From Macrostomum hystrix (taxonomy: Eukaryota; Animalia; Platyhelminthes), in NCBI GenBank assembly GCA_950097015.1, contig CATNEN010000005.1, positions 5,332,001 to 5,396,000 on the forward strand: a stretch of DNA of 64,000 bases, written 5' to 3'. How positions within the stretch are numbered: the stretch's first letter is position 1; every line of letters begins with the position of its first letter. Below are positions 38,701-50,160 of this stretch, piece by piece. Position numbers and translations under genes: made by a program. The notes under the pieces are model-generated. The model was given only the letters and a program-made list of their open reading frames with translations, had not been told where the DNA came from and searched no databases.

Positions 38701-41700
38701 TCTTCTTTTCATCAAAACAGCGGATAAGATGCTGTCGTAGCTTCGTTGCACTAAATAGGCAATTAACGGGGTTGGTTTGCGTGGCGATGGCTACTGCGTA
38801 GGCAATAGTATAAAGGCCACAATCGTGAGCACCCTTTTGGTGAGCCACGTTTGCATACTGCAGAGTAATAGATGAGCATTCAAGTCTTAAAAAAGACGTT
38901 ATGTCGCGCAGTAGTGAAGACGACATCTTCTTTGGTGGATGCGAGTCAAAAACCGTCAGACCTTCAGGGTAGTTTGATAGCAGGATCCAGTGATCACGAC
39001 CAGATTCGTGGAAAATCTGGACAAAGGTTTCTTCTAAAAATGTTTTTTTAACGTGGGGGGACAGGTTACGAACTAAATAGCTTCAGTTTCCTAAAATTCT
39101 AAGCTAAAACCGCTAAACATCGTTACATCTGATATAATTGATAGGATAAAATCAAATATATTAGGCAAACGCCTACAATTAAATTATTAAATGTACTAGC
39201 TTTATCGTCTTTGAAAATGAACACTACATATAAAGTTATGTATATTTGCTTTTGTTTACTTTTTGTTTAAAATACTTCATACTTAGATAATTTCTATGGT
39301 TTAGATTGCTGTATTACAGTACTTACAATAGTTTAAGGATATTACTCACCCTCTTTGACATGCACGTTGTGATCCTTCAATAAGGACGGATTCAGTAAGC
39401 CGGCAATTTTTGGCCATCTCGATCTGATAAGGCAAGAGGCTGCTGCCATGACATCTCCAGTCAGTTGACCATGGGGAGACTGAATGGACTGTCTTAAGAA
39501 TTAATGTGAAAGAGTTCAATGTATACACTTTCGAAAATGGAGAATGATAGAAAAAAATAAAATAACTTTGTTTCATACCTGTCAGCATTTCGTAATCCCA
39601 AGATGGGAATCCATGCGTCAGACTCGGCCACGAGCACATCAGGCCCCATAAAGTCAATTCCAGAGGTTAAATAAATGCCTCTAGGGGCCGAACGAAAGTA
39701 ATCATTTACTGTAGGCTGTACGTTAAGAGCTCCAGTAAACGTAGCATTGACCTTTCCAGCGGCCTCTGTCCCAGCGCATCGATCTTCAGCGGAGCCGGCG
39801 CATCGATCTTCAGTGGAGCCGGCGCATCGATCTTCAGCGGAGCCGGCGCATCGATCTTCAGCGGAGCCGGCGTATCGATCTTCAGCGGAGCCGGCGCATC
39901 GATCTTCAGTGGAGCCGGCGCATCGATCTTCAGCGGAGCCGGCGCATCGATCTTCAGTGGAGCCGGCGCATCGATCTTCAGCGGAGCCGGCGTATCGATC
40001 TTCAGCGGAGCCGGCGCATCGATCTTCAGTGGAGCCGGCGCATCGATCTTCAGTGGAGCCGGCGCATCGATCTTTAGCAGACTTAGCTGTACGTTCTTCA
40101 GCAAGAGCGGCATTATTATCACTAGAAGGCTCCGCGTCAGATTGGTCGCTTGCGCTCTCAATACGGCAGACTTTCTTGATGCCACGAACTTCAACGTCGG
40201 AGTCGGATGCCGACTTGTCTAAGTCAATATCCCTTGGACGCTTTCTCCCTGATCGTCTATTTTTTTTTGGGAGCAAGTTGCGTCGAAGCAGTTGAGCATT
40301 GCCTGCTTTAAAGTTTCCCTTAAGGTTAATTGACAGTCGACAAGCAATAATGTGGTAGCACGTCCCACTTGCGGGGCAGGTACATTTCTCCTTTGGAAAA
40401 AGGCGCACACTGTGACAATCACCTGTTGTACCAATCACAGTAAATGATCCCGTACTAGGAACACCAACAACTTTATTCTGGCGAATTAAATCTTCCGCGC
40501 GGGCCATCTGAGACTTAGGAACGTGACAGCTTGGTGTCTTAGCTTTTCTATCGCTCGCATCGTTTTCATCGACTGGCCTCCTGCGATGCTTGATTCGCTG
40601 TACGACTTCGGCTGGTTCAATGAATGGGTGTGAATTGACTGCTGGCACCGCCTGGGCTAACTGTTGAAATTCCGGACGCAGCCGAAAGCTACCGAGGTTT
40701 GCAAAGGCCCGATTCGTTTCGTGCAGTAAATATGCTTGAAGATAGTACACGGTTAGTATCGCCTCGTCCAAACGAACTTCTTTCCAGTTCTGAGCACGCT
40801 TAACAACAGTGTTGAACGCCTCGGCTTGATTAATAGTCACTCCACTAAAGGCATTGTACAAACCAAGTGGCTCAAGTACCCAGCGACCGACTTTGCACTG
40901 AACCATGGCATGCCACTGAGAAAAGTAATAATCACGAAGTTTTGCACTCCACCTAGACGAGACATCCTCAAGCTTGCTGCAATACTCTTCGAGAGTTTGA
41001 GAGCGCCAAAGATCCTCGAGTTGGGATTTGATACCATTTTCTTCAGAGGAACATCGTTCTTATGCAGCCAAAACTTGACATCGCGAACGATGTGGATCCA
41101 GCATTGAAGGTGGCTCATGTCACTCAAAACACGGTTCACCGCGTTACTTATTGCTACTTCACAATCCGTGACAAGAACACCTCGATTAGTAGACAGGGAA
41201 GGTATCTTGCGCAACATCAGTGAAAAAAAATCACTGTGGATGGCTTCTAGCTTGCGGTCATGAAGTAAAAATGCAACTGGCAAAACAGGCATTACATCTT
41301 GTTGAGAAAGAAGCAATGGATGGCGAAAGGTCAGGGTCGAAAGAAAAAAATCACCCAGGTTAAAAGTGGTATCGTACGCAAGTAAGTTCTTGCATGGCAA
41401 ATTTTGGCACTGCAAAATTTGGTCGAGCATTGTTAGCATTTCAGGAAGTGCAACAATTACACTAAGATGCGGTAGAAAATTCATCTGATGAATGCAGTCA
41501 ACAAGATCCGCTCCAAGTTCGATACAGTTTACAACGTCGTCATTTGATAATCGAAGATTCTGTAGGACTACTTTTCGTACATTAGCCACTTGGCAGTGAT
41601 CACGCGGCTTTAACACTGCTTCGTGTTGAGGATCAACAGAGGCAGACGTCGTGGCAGTCTGATACACCTGGCTCGGAGAACTGCCTTTTTCAGCCAGGCG

Positions 41701-44700
41701 CTGCTGCAATTCCTTCAGAACACTAGGACACGTTCGTTGAAATGGATTGGCAGAAGGGCTGCGACAATGGCCATGGGGCTCAAGACTGCCTTGGCTGTGG
41801 TCACCAATATAAACAATAAGCCGTCGGCGAAGCAGCTCTGAGCTACTACTGTCAATGAGTTGGTAGACATTTCGACGAAAGAGCGGCCGACCTTGCTTAT
41901 CTGCATCCTTGACTCGAGGAATAAAATAAGTTTTCTTAACAAGAGGTGACTGGGCTGGAAGCAATTTAAATGCGCCATTGTTCCGCCACTGATATTGGTC
42001 ACAGAGATAGTCGTTGCACTCTAAAATAAATGGGTTGGGTGGATTCATATATACAATTAAATAGCAAAAGTGCATTATTGAGAACTAATTTTTTTATTTG
42101 AATTGGCACTCTAGACATGCAGACGAATAATTTAAATGTTTGGCTAATTCATTATACATTTGGCAAAAAAAGATTTGCCATTAATTTTGGACCCACAAAG
42201 GTACATTTGTACTATATATCCAGTTAAAGCAGTTTGCAATCAATAGGACAAGTTGAGGAAGTGAAAAAGGTGCCATATAAAAAGAAAGTTGAAAAATGGA
42301 CATAAAAAGTGGCATATGAGTCAGTCACACCTCAGCTTAACTGTCAGGTTGGCTGGGTGTACCAAACCCTAGCAGGTAGGCCAGAGCCAGAGCCAGAGCC
42401 ATATTAACAAATCACAATAACTAACAAGCACAACTAATTGTCCACTTGGGGTGGGTTTGGGAATTCCCTGTCACACACCCCAATTAAAATCTCGTCCCGC
42501 TAGCAGCCACCCCACTCCAGTGTGTGTACATTTTAACGTCGGTTTAACGTCGGTAAAAACCAATCGGCCAAAGTTATATACATAATATATATATGCATGG
42601 ATGCAGTATACCAAAATACATTGCCGACGTAAACTTTTCCCAATGCTAACTAAAAATATATATGCACAGATGCAATATACCAAAATACATTGCAGATGTA
42701 ATTACTTTTCCCGACGCTAACAATCATATGCATGCATATATACCAAAATACATATATATTTTTAGTTAGCGTCAGGAAAAGTTTACATCAGCAATGTATT
42801 TTGGTATACTGCATCCATGCATATATATTTTTAGTTAGCATCGGGAAAAGTTTGTCAACAATGTATTTTGGTGTACTGCATCCATGCATATATATTTTGG
42901 CAGTGCTTATCCCCACGGTACCGTAGAAATAATTTTTGTCTTATTCCTGTTACTGTGGTAATAATTTCCTGCTTATCCGCACAACACACTGACGAGATAG
43001 CTGTCCTATCTTCAACATATTCCGTGGGAATAATTTCCTGCTTATCTGCATGGCACACTGACAAGATAGCTGTCCTATCTTCAACATATTCCGTGGGAAT
43101 AATTTCCTGCTTATCCGCATGGCACACTGACGAAATAGCTGTCCTATTATCAATCTTTTTATCATGACTGCAATTTTCCTTTTTTCTTCCGGTTTTTAAA
43201 AGCAAGTAAACAAATTAAAGTTTTCTTTTTTTAAGTATATAAAATATATATTTCTATTATTTTATATATTTAAAAGAATACAAATGAAGTGTGTATTTTT
43301 CTAATCTTATAGCTCAAGCCTTCTAAGTCTATAATCCAGTCTATTACTTTATTCTAGGCCAAGTTAAAATAGGTCCTTAAAAATGTCTGAATATGTTGAA
43401 GATAGGACAGCTATCTTGTCAGTGTGCCGTGCGGATAAGCAGGAAATTATTCCCACAGTACCGTAGGAATAAGACAAAAATTATTTCTACGGTACCCTGG
43501 GGATAAGCACTGCCATATATTTTTAGTTAGTGTCGGGAAAAGTTTATGTTGGCTATACTACGAGTATAGATAGTATGTTTTTTAGAGATGAATCATCAGC
43601 ATGACTAATTGTCCACTTGGGATGGGTTAGGGAATTCCCTGTCACACACCCCAATTAAAATCTCATCCCGCTAGCAGCCAAACCACACCAGTGTATGTAC
43701 ATTTTAATGTTGGTTTAACATTGGTAAAAACTGATTGGTCAAAGTTATATACATCAAAATAGATTGTTATGCTGGCAAGGATTCAATTCAACTGTTATTG
43801 TAGGTTTACGTACAATACAGTATAGGCCAGTAGAGGTTGTAGCCTAGTGGTTAGGGCGTTGGACTAACAACTTGAAGGTCGGGGGTTCGATTCCCAACTC
43901 CACTGAAACAATTTGTGTCCTTTAGCAAGACACTTAACTCTGCATTGCTTCAGTTCACCCAGCTGTTAAACAGGTTCCAGCATCAGCTGGGATAATTGAA
44001 GGTGGGTGTGGCGTCCCCCCAGTCCATGGACTGAACAGCTGTACGCAGCCTTCAGATTCGGCGCACAATAGCTGCGGCTGTGCTGTCGGCTGCACATCTG
44101 GCCCGATTGGGGCAGGTGTAATCAATTATTATCAATTATTATTATTGTAGGTTTACACACAAAATCCTGCTTAATTTGATAACAATATAAATTTGATTAT
44201 TTCTTATAATATGGCTTCAAGAGCTCCGCTGATTTATTGTTAGTTTTTGTTTTAACTTAACTTTTCACTTGTTTGTATTATTACAAAAAATAATATAATG
44301 CATAGCATCTCAGTTGCACGTTTTTTATTAAGTAAATATAATGTTTGCAAAAAATCACTACTAAGATTTCAAAGTATCTATCAACTAGGCATCAGCAGCT
44401 CTTAAAACCATATTGCAAAAATAGGAAAAATTACTGAATTTACCATTGTAGTCTGTTGCAGTCCCTTTATAGTCAATTTTTGTGTTTACATGGATTTGTA
44501 TGGGACTGTGCATAGGCTTCAGCCAGTTTGTATTATAAACTGTTATATATTCATGCGACAGGTAGTATACTTCAATACACCCCAATATATGAAAAGGTTT
44601 TCTAAATCCTAGTGCCACATAGTACAATGTGCTTTTTACAGTGGAAATTTCCCTAAATTTAAATTTGGCAGTGGAAATTTAAGTTATTTGCCTGACTGAC

Positions 44701-47700
44701 TAGCCTAGTTAGGTTGATTAAATTAGTTTTGCCATTCTTTTAGTGGAAACACAGACTGTAATCACAGCCAATACAATATATCTAACAGGGCTTATCAATA
44801 TATCTCTGTTTCTGCAGTAGTGTATTACTCTGGCTTTGATGTTTATCATAAACTGCCTATCATAAGCACTGTTTTAACTCTGGCTACACCATAGTTTCAA
44901 TCACCTGTGGGCTTCACACTCTAAGTGTCTCACTTGGCACAGGCAGTCTCCTTCTAAGGCTTTTACTGGCATACTCAGTCTTTATGGATCTCTTAGACTG
45001 GAGGATTACAGCTTCAATCCTAAATAGAGAAAGAAACAAACACTTTTAGAACACTTTTTAAATACCAAATTTTACTTTTGGCTCAACTGTATATAAACAG
45101 GTTGGTGTTTTGTGTATAAAAATAGCTCCTTTTATCCAGGAGATTTAATGATTTGTTGATCTTATATATTTTTCGGAAATATTTATTACATTATAAATAC
45201 TTAAAATACTATTAGTCACAATTGTCATGAATTTGAAATCGCCCTCCCACATATAGTCTAGAATATAAATGCATAACTATTTATTCTGCATTTCAATGAC
45301 AGCACAAACCGGCCAGACAGCAGTAAAGACTACTATACTCTCGAGTGCATCCTCTATCTATTGCGCAATGTGCGTCACAATCACGCCCAGTATGTGCGCA
45401 CAGCCGCAGCCGCCGGTGTTCCAGTTGTTCGCCTACCGGATCGGCGCGATCTGCTCAATTACCTCACTGGCAAAACGTCTACATCGGATAAGATTGACAG
45501 GTCGGCACCGTTGGATATGGCAGCGCAGAGACCGGTGGCTGCGGCCTCTGCCGCTGTTAGCTCCGCTGAAGCTAGCGCCGTCTCAGTTTCTCAGCCGGTT
45601 GTTGCAACTGTTGAAACGCCATCCGCCATGGTTGATCTAGATTCTACACCAATCGCTGCAGAGTCTGTCGGTTTAGACGCGGACGTGTCGTCTGTTGCGC
45701 CAGATTTATCCGAGCCATCGCTGGCCAAACGACCGAGACTTGCCAGTTCAACAGGCGAGTTTATTAGCGAATCAATCGACGATTCAATGACAGGCGATGG
45801 CGGCCTTCGATCAACCACTGCTGCCCCTTCAACACCAAGCATAGCGTCGTCTGCATCGGCTGGGACTACTGCCGCATCTGCTGGCGTCCTCTCCGAAGCT
45901 GATCAGCAAGCGGCGGTCAATCGGGCGATGAAGGAGCGCGAACGGCTGGCTGCTAAATTGGACGAGACCAGCGCCGGCGGCGTCGGTTTGCCAGCCGTGC
46001 TGCCCAAGGTCTTTGAAAGTTCTAGTTTGAGTCAGGTAAGCACAAGCATTATTGGCTCATTTTTACAATGTATTATTAGTTCAGGATTTTTTTCATTTCC
46101 TTTTAAGGCTTTGGACTTTTAATCCCACTTTTGTATCTATATTGTCATTTTTAAATACCTGATCTTATTCTTAGACATGTGATTCCCTTGTGGGATCTAT
46201 AAACCCCTTGTGGGATCCTGATCCCCTTGTGGGATCCTGATCCCCTTGTGGGATCCTGATCCCCTTGTGGGATCCTGATCCCCTTGTGGGATCCTGATCC
46301 CCTTGTGGGATCCTGATCCCCTTGTGGGATCCTGATCCCCTTGTGGGATCCTGATCCCCTTGTGGGATCCCTGATCCCTGATCCCTTTTTACGTAAAGTC
46401 TTACATACGCACATATAATAATCAATATATTACTTAAAAATGACATTAGTCTCGCCCGCACTCCTTCAGGTCATGTCCCTAGCGAAGATTCGAGCCCTTC
46501 GCATCAAGCGTCAGGTAAAGATTCGCGACAGCATCAAGCCTGGCGACTCCGCCGCTGTCGGTGGCTCCGGCGTAGCAACAGCCGGCGCCGAAGGTACATT
46601 AGCTGGCGCCACTGCAATTAGCGGCTTCTTTAGCGAAGACTTGAACCTGCTGCGCGATTTAGTATCGCGCGAACGCCTGCACAGAGATCGAAACTCGTGT
46701 CTACAGGCCGCTACAAGAAACTTTGCTGACTCTGTGCTCACTATACTCAGGGCGGTCAGGTCAAGAGAGGAGGGCGCTGCTAATGCTTCCGTTTTGGCTT
46801 CCGGTGGTGTAAGAATAAATTATCTATTTTGTTAGTTTTTCTTGGCATTTTATCAAGTTTGTGTTAAGAATAATCCTCCTATTCTCTTGATATTCAGATC
46901 CTCAGATTAGGATATTGTTGTTTACACATCCCCAGATTAGGATATTGTTGTTTACAGATCCTCAGATTAGGATATTGTTGTTTACAGATCCTCAGATTAG
47001 AATATTGTTGTTTACAGATCCGAAGATTAGGATATTGTTGTTTACAGATCCTCAGATTAGGATATTGTTGTTCGCAGCTCCTCAGATTAGGGATATTGTT
47101 GTTTACAGATCCTCAGATTAGAATATTGTTGTTTACAGATCCTCAGATTAGGATATTGTTGTTTACAGATCCTCAGATTAGGGATATTGTTGTGTACAGA
47201 TCCTCAGATTAGAATATTGTTGTTTACAGATCCTCAGATTAGGATATTGTTGTTTACAGATCCTCAGATTAGAATATTGTTGTTTACAGATCCTCAGATT
47301 AGGGATATTGTTGTTCGCAGCTCCTCAGATTAGGGATATTGTTGTTCGCAGCTCCTCAGATTAGGGATATTGTTGTTCGCAGCTCCTCAGATTAGGGATA
47401 TTGTTGTTCGCAGCTCCTCAGATTAGGGATATTGTTTTTCGCAGCTCCTCAGATTAGGGATATTGTTGTTCGCAGCTCCTCAGATTAGGATATTGTTGTT
47501 CGCAGCTCCTCAGATTAGGGATATTGTTGTTCGCAGCTCCTCAGATTAGGGATATTGTTGTTCGCTGCTCCTCAGATTAGGGATATTGTTTTTCGCAGCT
47601 CCTCAGATTAGGGATATTGTTGTTCGCAGCTCCTCAGATTAGGGATATTGTTGTTCGCAGCTCCTCGGATTAGGATATTGTGATATCGTAAATATTCTCG

Positions 47701-49279
47701 GATTAGAGTTGTGACATTTGAAATTCCTCAATTCCTTAAATTATTGTTAACATATTAATATTCCTCATTCTACCATTCGCAGCATCACCATCAGAACCAG
47801 CACCAGCATTCGCGTCAGTCGATTGGCGGTGGCCCATTGAACTCGTCTCACTCTAATCAGCAGCGCCAAACTCAGCAGCACGTGGCCTACAATCGTTACG
47901 ATCAGGAGAAGTTCGCCAATAGGGACGAGGCGGCCGCTTATTTCAAAATCGACACTGTGGGCAGCTGGGGCATAGAAGTGCTGGGCAGGGGGCCGACTGG
48001 AGCTGGCGGCGGAGACGGCGGTCCCGGCAGCGTGGCCAGGCCATCTGATCCTAGACGAATGCAGCAGCAGAGGCAGAGCTTTGGTGAGCTGAAATTTTTA
48101 CCTCTAAAAAAGCATTCAATTATGACTCAATGACTCGACTATCCTTAATCACAGTCCTAGAATAATCCAAGATCCTTAATCCTAATCCCATTTCTCTTTT
48201 TTTCCTATACACCATTCTTATATTTTTAATAAATCCTTAATCCCTATTCTAAAATCCCACAGTCAATCATTAATCATATTTCTCCATTCATACCGTTTCA
48301 TCCCGTTTCATTTTTACTAATCCCATTGTAAAATCTAATTCCAGTAGATTTGTTTAATTGTTAATCACTAAATCCTATTGCTAAAGCAGCGGTCGGCAAA
48401 CTTATTAGCTAGCGGGCCTAACAGAGAAATATGAGATAATGAAGAGATGAGGCAGAGAAGAGATGACTGGGTTAGATGAGACACGTAATAGATGAGAACA
48501 CAGGAGAGATGAGACACGGGAGAGATGAAAGGAGACACTGAAAAAAATGTGACAGGATACTGTAGGTGTCCGAATGGGCAATCGGTCGAATTTGGGAGCT
48601 TCGAAGGCCACATCTGGCCCGCGGGCCGGAGTTTGCCGACCCCTGTGCTAAAGTGTGGGAGTTGATCATAATTCCCTAAACTCCGCCAACAGGCTCTGCT
48701 ACTCCCCGCACCCCGGTGCCGCAGTCTCCTCTAGTTGGCCAATCTGGCGGTTCAACGCCTTCTAGTCAGCAGAAGCGAACCAGCCGGACTCCAATTATCA
48801 TCATTCCGGCCACGGCCAGCCTAATCTCAATGCTGAACGCCAAGGATATCCTGTTAGAGAAGCGATTCGTGTCCGTTGAAGACAAACGTGCCTCGGGTGC
48901 TCGCAGAGAGAATGAAGCCTTGATTCAACGCATGCGACCAGACGGCACCACCACTGTGCCGTTTCGCGTTGTCGATCAGCCGCAGAAACTGACGCCGGAC
49001 GAATGGCAACGAGTTGTAGCCGTGTTCGTCCAGGGTCCGGCCTGGCAGTTCAAAAATTGGCCGATTGGCGGCGGAAATCCGGTTGAAATCTTTGCCAAAG
49101 TCAAAGCCTTTCATTTGAAGTTTGCCGACATGCCGACAGATCCGAATGTGTTGAAATGGAATGTCACCGTGCTGCCGTTGGATCGGCATAAGCGACACTT
49201 GGATAAGGCGGTGCTGCAACAGTTCTGGGATGTTCTGGATCTCTACATGCGCAAGCACAAGTCCAATTTGAGGTTTTAG
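35734..49279 (+). CDS. CDC73: Parafibromin (PAF1 complex subunit); exons join(35734..35864,45303..46035,46470..46808,47783..48083,48693..49279)
   Basis: Exon 1 reads [44 protein letters not shown], with a phase-2 GTAAGT donor at the position I recall for human intron 1. Exon 2 has [13 protein letters not shown]...[12 protein letters not shown]...IDRSAPL. Also YNRYDQEKF...FKIDTVG and the C-domain RTPIIIIP...[17 protein letters not shown]...DRHKRHLD...NLRF*. All junctions are GT-AG with matching phases (2,0,0,1). Confidence 0.96.
38305..38460. repeat. 57-bp tandem repeat (~2.7 copies) 3' of the transposase gene
   Basis: GTAGGTATTGAGGATT at 38312, 38369 and 38426. Confidence 0.85.
38471..42020 (-). 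CDS. MULE transposase (DDE + CxxH) - SWIM - Ulp1/C48-like cysteine protease - PHD fusion; exons complement(join(38471..39033,39350..39492,39579..42020)) with one frameshift near 41030-41060; first exon not identified
   Basis: [11 protein letters not shown] (D), LVTDCE (D), QCWIH (CxxH), TINQAEAFN (E), SWIM CTC-x5-CYH. GT-AG introns at 39578-39493 and 39349-39034 join in frame to [28 protein letters not shown] (His-Asp-Cys triad) and PHD CDC..CDHC..WYHANC..CSHC*. Confidence 0.85.
39772..40075 (-). repeat. In-frame 24-bp coding repeat (13 x DRCAGS[A/T]E) inside the transposase
   Basis: Seen in ORF 39494..40906 between SWIM and the protease domain. Confidence 0.92.
42899..43514. mobile_element. 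Mutator-type MITE, 616 bp, ~125-bp TIRs, 9-bp TSD ATATATTTT
   Basis: Ends GGCAGTGCTTATCCCC... and ...GGGGATAAGCACTGCC. ATATATTTT sits at 42890-42898 and 43515-43523. Internal ~70-bp direct repeats. A 9-bp TSD is typical of Mutator. Confidence 0.92.
43810..44141 (+). mobile_element. tRNA-derived SINE (family A) with CORE-like central domain and 15-bp TSD
   Basis: A box TAGCCTAGTGG, B box GGTTCGATTCCC, then GTGTCCTTTAGCAAGACACTTAACTC (CORE-like) and an ATT-rich tail. TTATTGTAGGTTTAC is duplicated at 43795-43809 and 44142-44156. A second copy lies at 54275-54506. Confidence 0.88.
46186..46385. repeat. 19-bp minisatellite (CCCCTTGTGGGATCCTGAT)n in CDC73 intron 2
   Basis: Period 19 (46204, 46223, 46242). 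Confidence 0.95.
46897..47680. repeat. 30-31-bp minisatellite (GATCCTCAGATTAGGATATTGTTGTTTACA)n in CDC73 intron 3
   Basis: ~25 copies. The TTTACAGAT variant is replaced by TTCGCAGCT toward the right. Confidence 0.95.
48387..48645. mobile_element. hAT-family MITE, 259 bp, in CDC73 intron 4
   Basis: 16-bp TIRs CAGCGGTCGGCAAACT / AGTTTGCCGACCCCTG (15/16 match). Perfect 8-bp TSD TGCTAAAG at 48379-48386 and 48646-48653. Confidence 0.93.
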
Positions 49280-49984
49280 ACACTTTTTGCACACATTTTT
49301 TGTTTATTCGCTATGATCAGACATCACTGGTGAATGCCATTTGAGACTCAATTTGTGTCTGCTGACTTCAATAGTGGATTGTTTCGCTTTTAGGTTGGAA
49401 AATTAAATCATTGCCTGGTATTTTCAAAAAAGTTAGCGAAACAATTCACCCAATGTCTTTTTTCTTTATCTTCCGGTATTTCTTTTTTTAGTTGCGTCAC
49501 CAGTTTAAAAGGCAGTTTTTTAAATAGGTTAAAAGTGCATTCTGCAGAGTAGGCCTGAACATTTTCTTTTTTATCTAAATTTATTTTCTTATGTTGTACT
49601 GTTATTTTACATATTCTAAAGTAGCGTTTCAAGAACAAGTGTTATTTCAAATGGTATCATCTCTGTCCAGTCGCATTAATTATCCGTATGTAATATGGTT
49701 CCCAATAAGATTGTGTATATATTGTTTAAATGGGATTTAAGAAGCCTAACGCATTACATTATCCTTAACGATTTGCTATACAAATGTCATCCTTGCAGCT
49801 CCTATCCCTGTGCATCCATTGTTGTCTCTCTTAAAAGTAATAAAACAATGAAAAACTAGCCTCTCAGTCTTTTAGTTTCTATCCGCGGTTGTGTTTCAAC
49901 TGGTTAATAAAGTTCAGAAACTAAAAATATTAATTAAAGAAATTTGTCTTGTAAGTTTTGTCTGTTCTTTGTTCTATATACTAT

Positions 49985-50160
49985 CGAGGTTTCCCTGCCG
50001 AGATTTCCGTTTTGGGGATCCCCGCCGAGATTTCCCTATCGAGGTTTCCCCACCGAGATTTCCCCGCCGAGATTTCCCTATCGAGGTTTTCCCGCCGAGA
50101 TTTCCCTATCGAGGTTTTCCCACCAAGATTTCCCTATCGAGGTTTTCCAGCCGAGATTTC
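49985..50160. repeat. 28-bp (2 x 14) tandem repeat GAGATTTCCCTATCGAGGTTTTCCCGCC between CDC73 and dynein
   Basis: Period 28 (50069, 50097). Confidence 0.9.

Larger units (their letters stand above)
36446..42430 (-). mobile_element. Mutator (MULE)-type DNA transposon, one end present, transposase-proximal end apparently missing
   Basis: Sequence switches abruptly at 36446 to GGTACCCGGTAAAATGCGGAATCCGC with subterminal GCGGAAT repeats. It carries the transposase below. No reverse-complement copy of this end was found. Confidence 0.7.
36136..43755. mobile_element. Foldback-like element: long inverted arms (36136-36445 vs 42755-42898 + 43515-43755) made of a ~200-bp terminal domain plus 69-bp internal repeats; extra partial arm at 42434-42720
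   Basis: 36136-36445 is the reverse complement of 43515-43755 continuing into 42755-42898. The 69-bp unit AAACTTTTCCC.ACGCTAACTAAAAATATATATGCATGGATGCAGTATACCAAAATACATTGCTGATGT occurs in both orientations. No clean outer TSD. Confidence 0.75.

Noticed and set aside
41030-41060. Programmed -1 ribosomal frameshifting in the MULE gene
   Set aside because: No canonical slippery heptamer in the permissible window, so an indel or sequencing error is simpler.
43833-43905. tRNA gene
   Set aside because: A and B boxes are present, but the sequence continues into a CORE-like body, tail and TSD and has a second dispersed copy, so it is a SINE.
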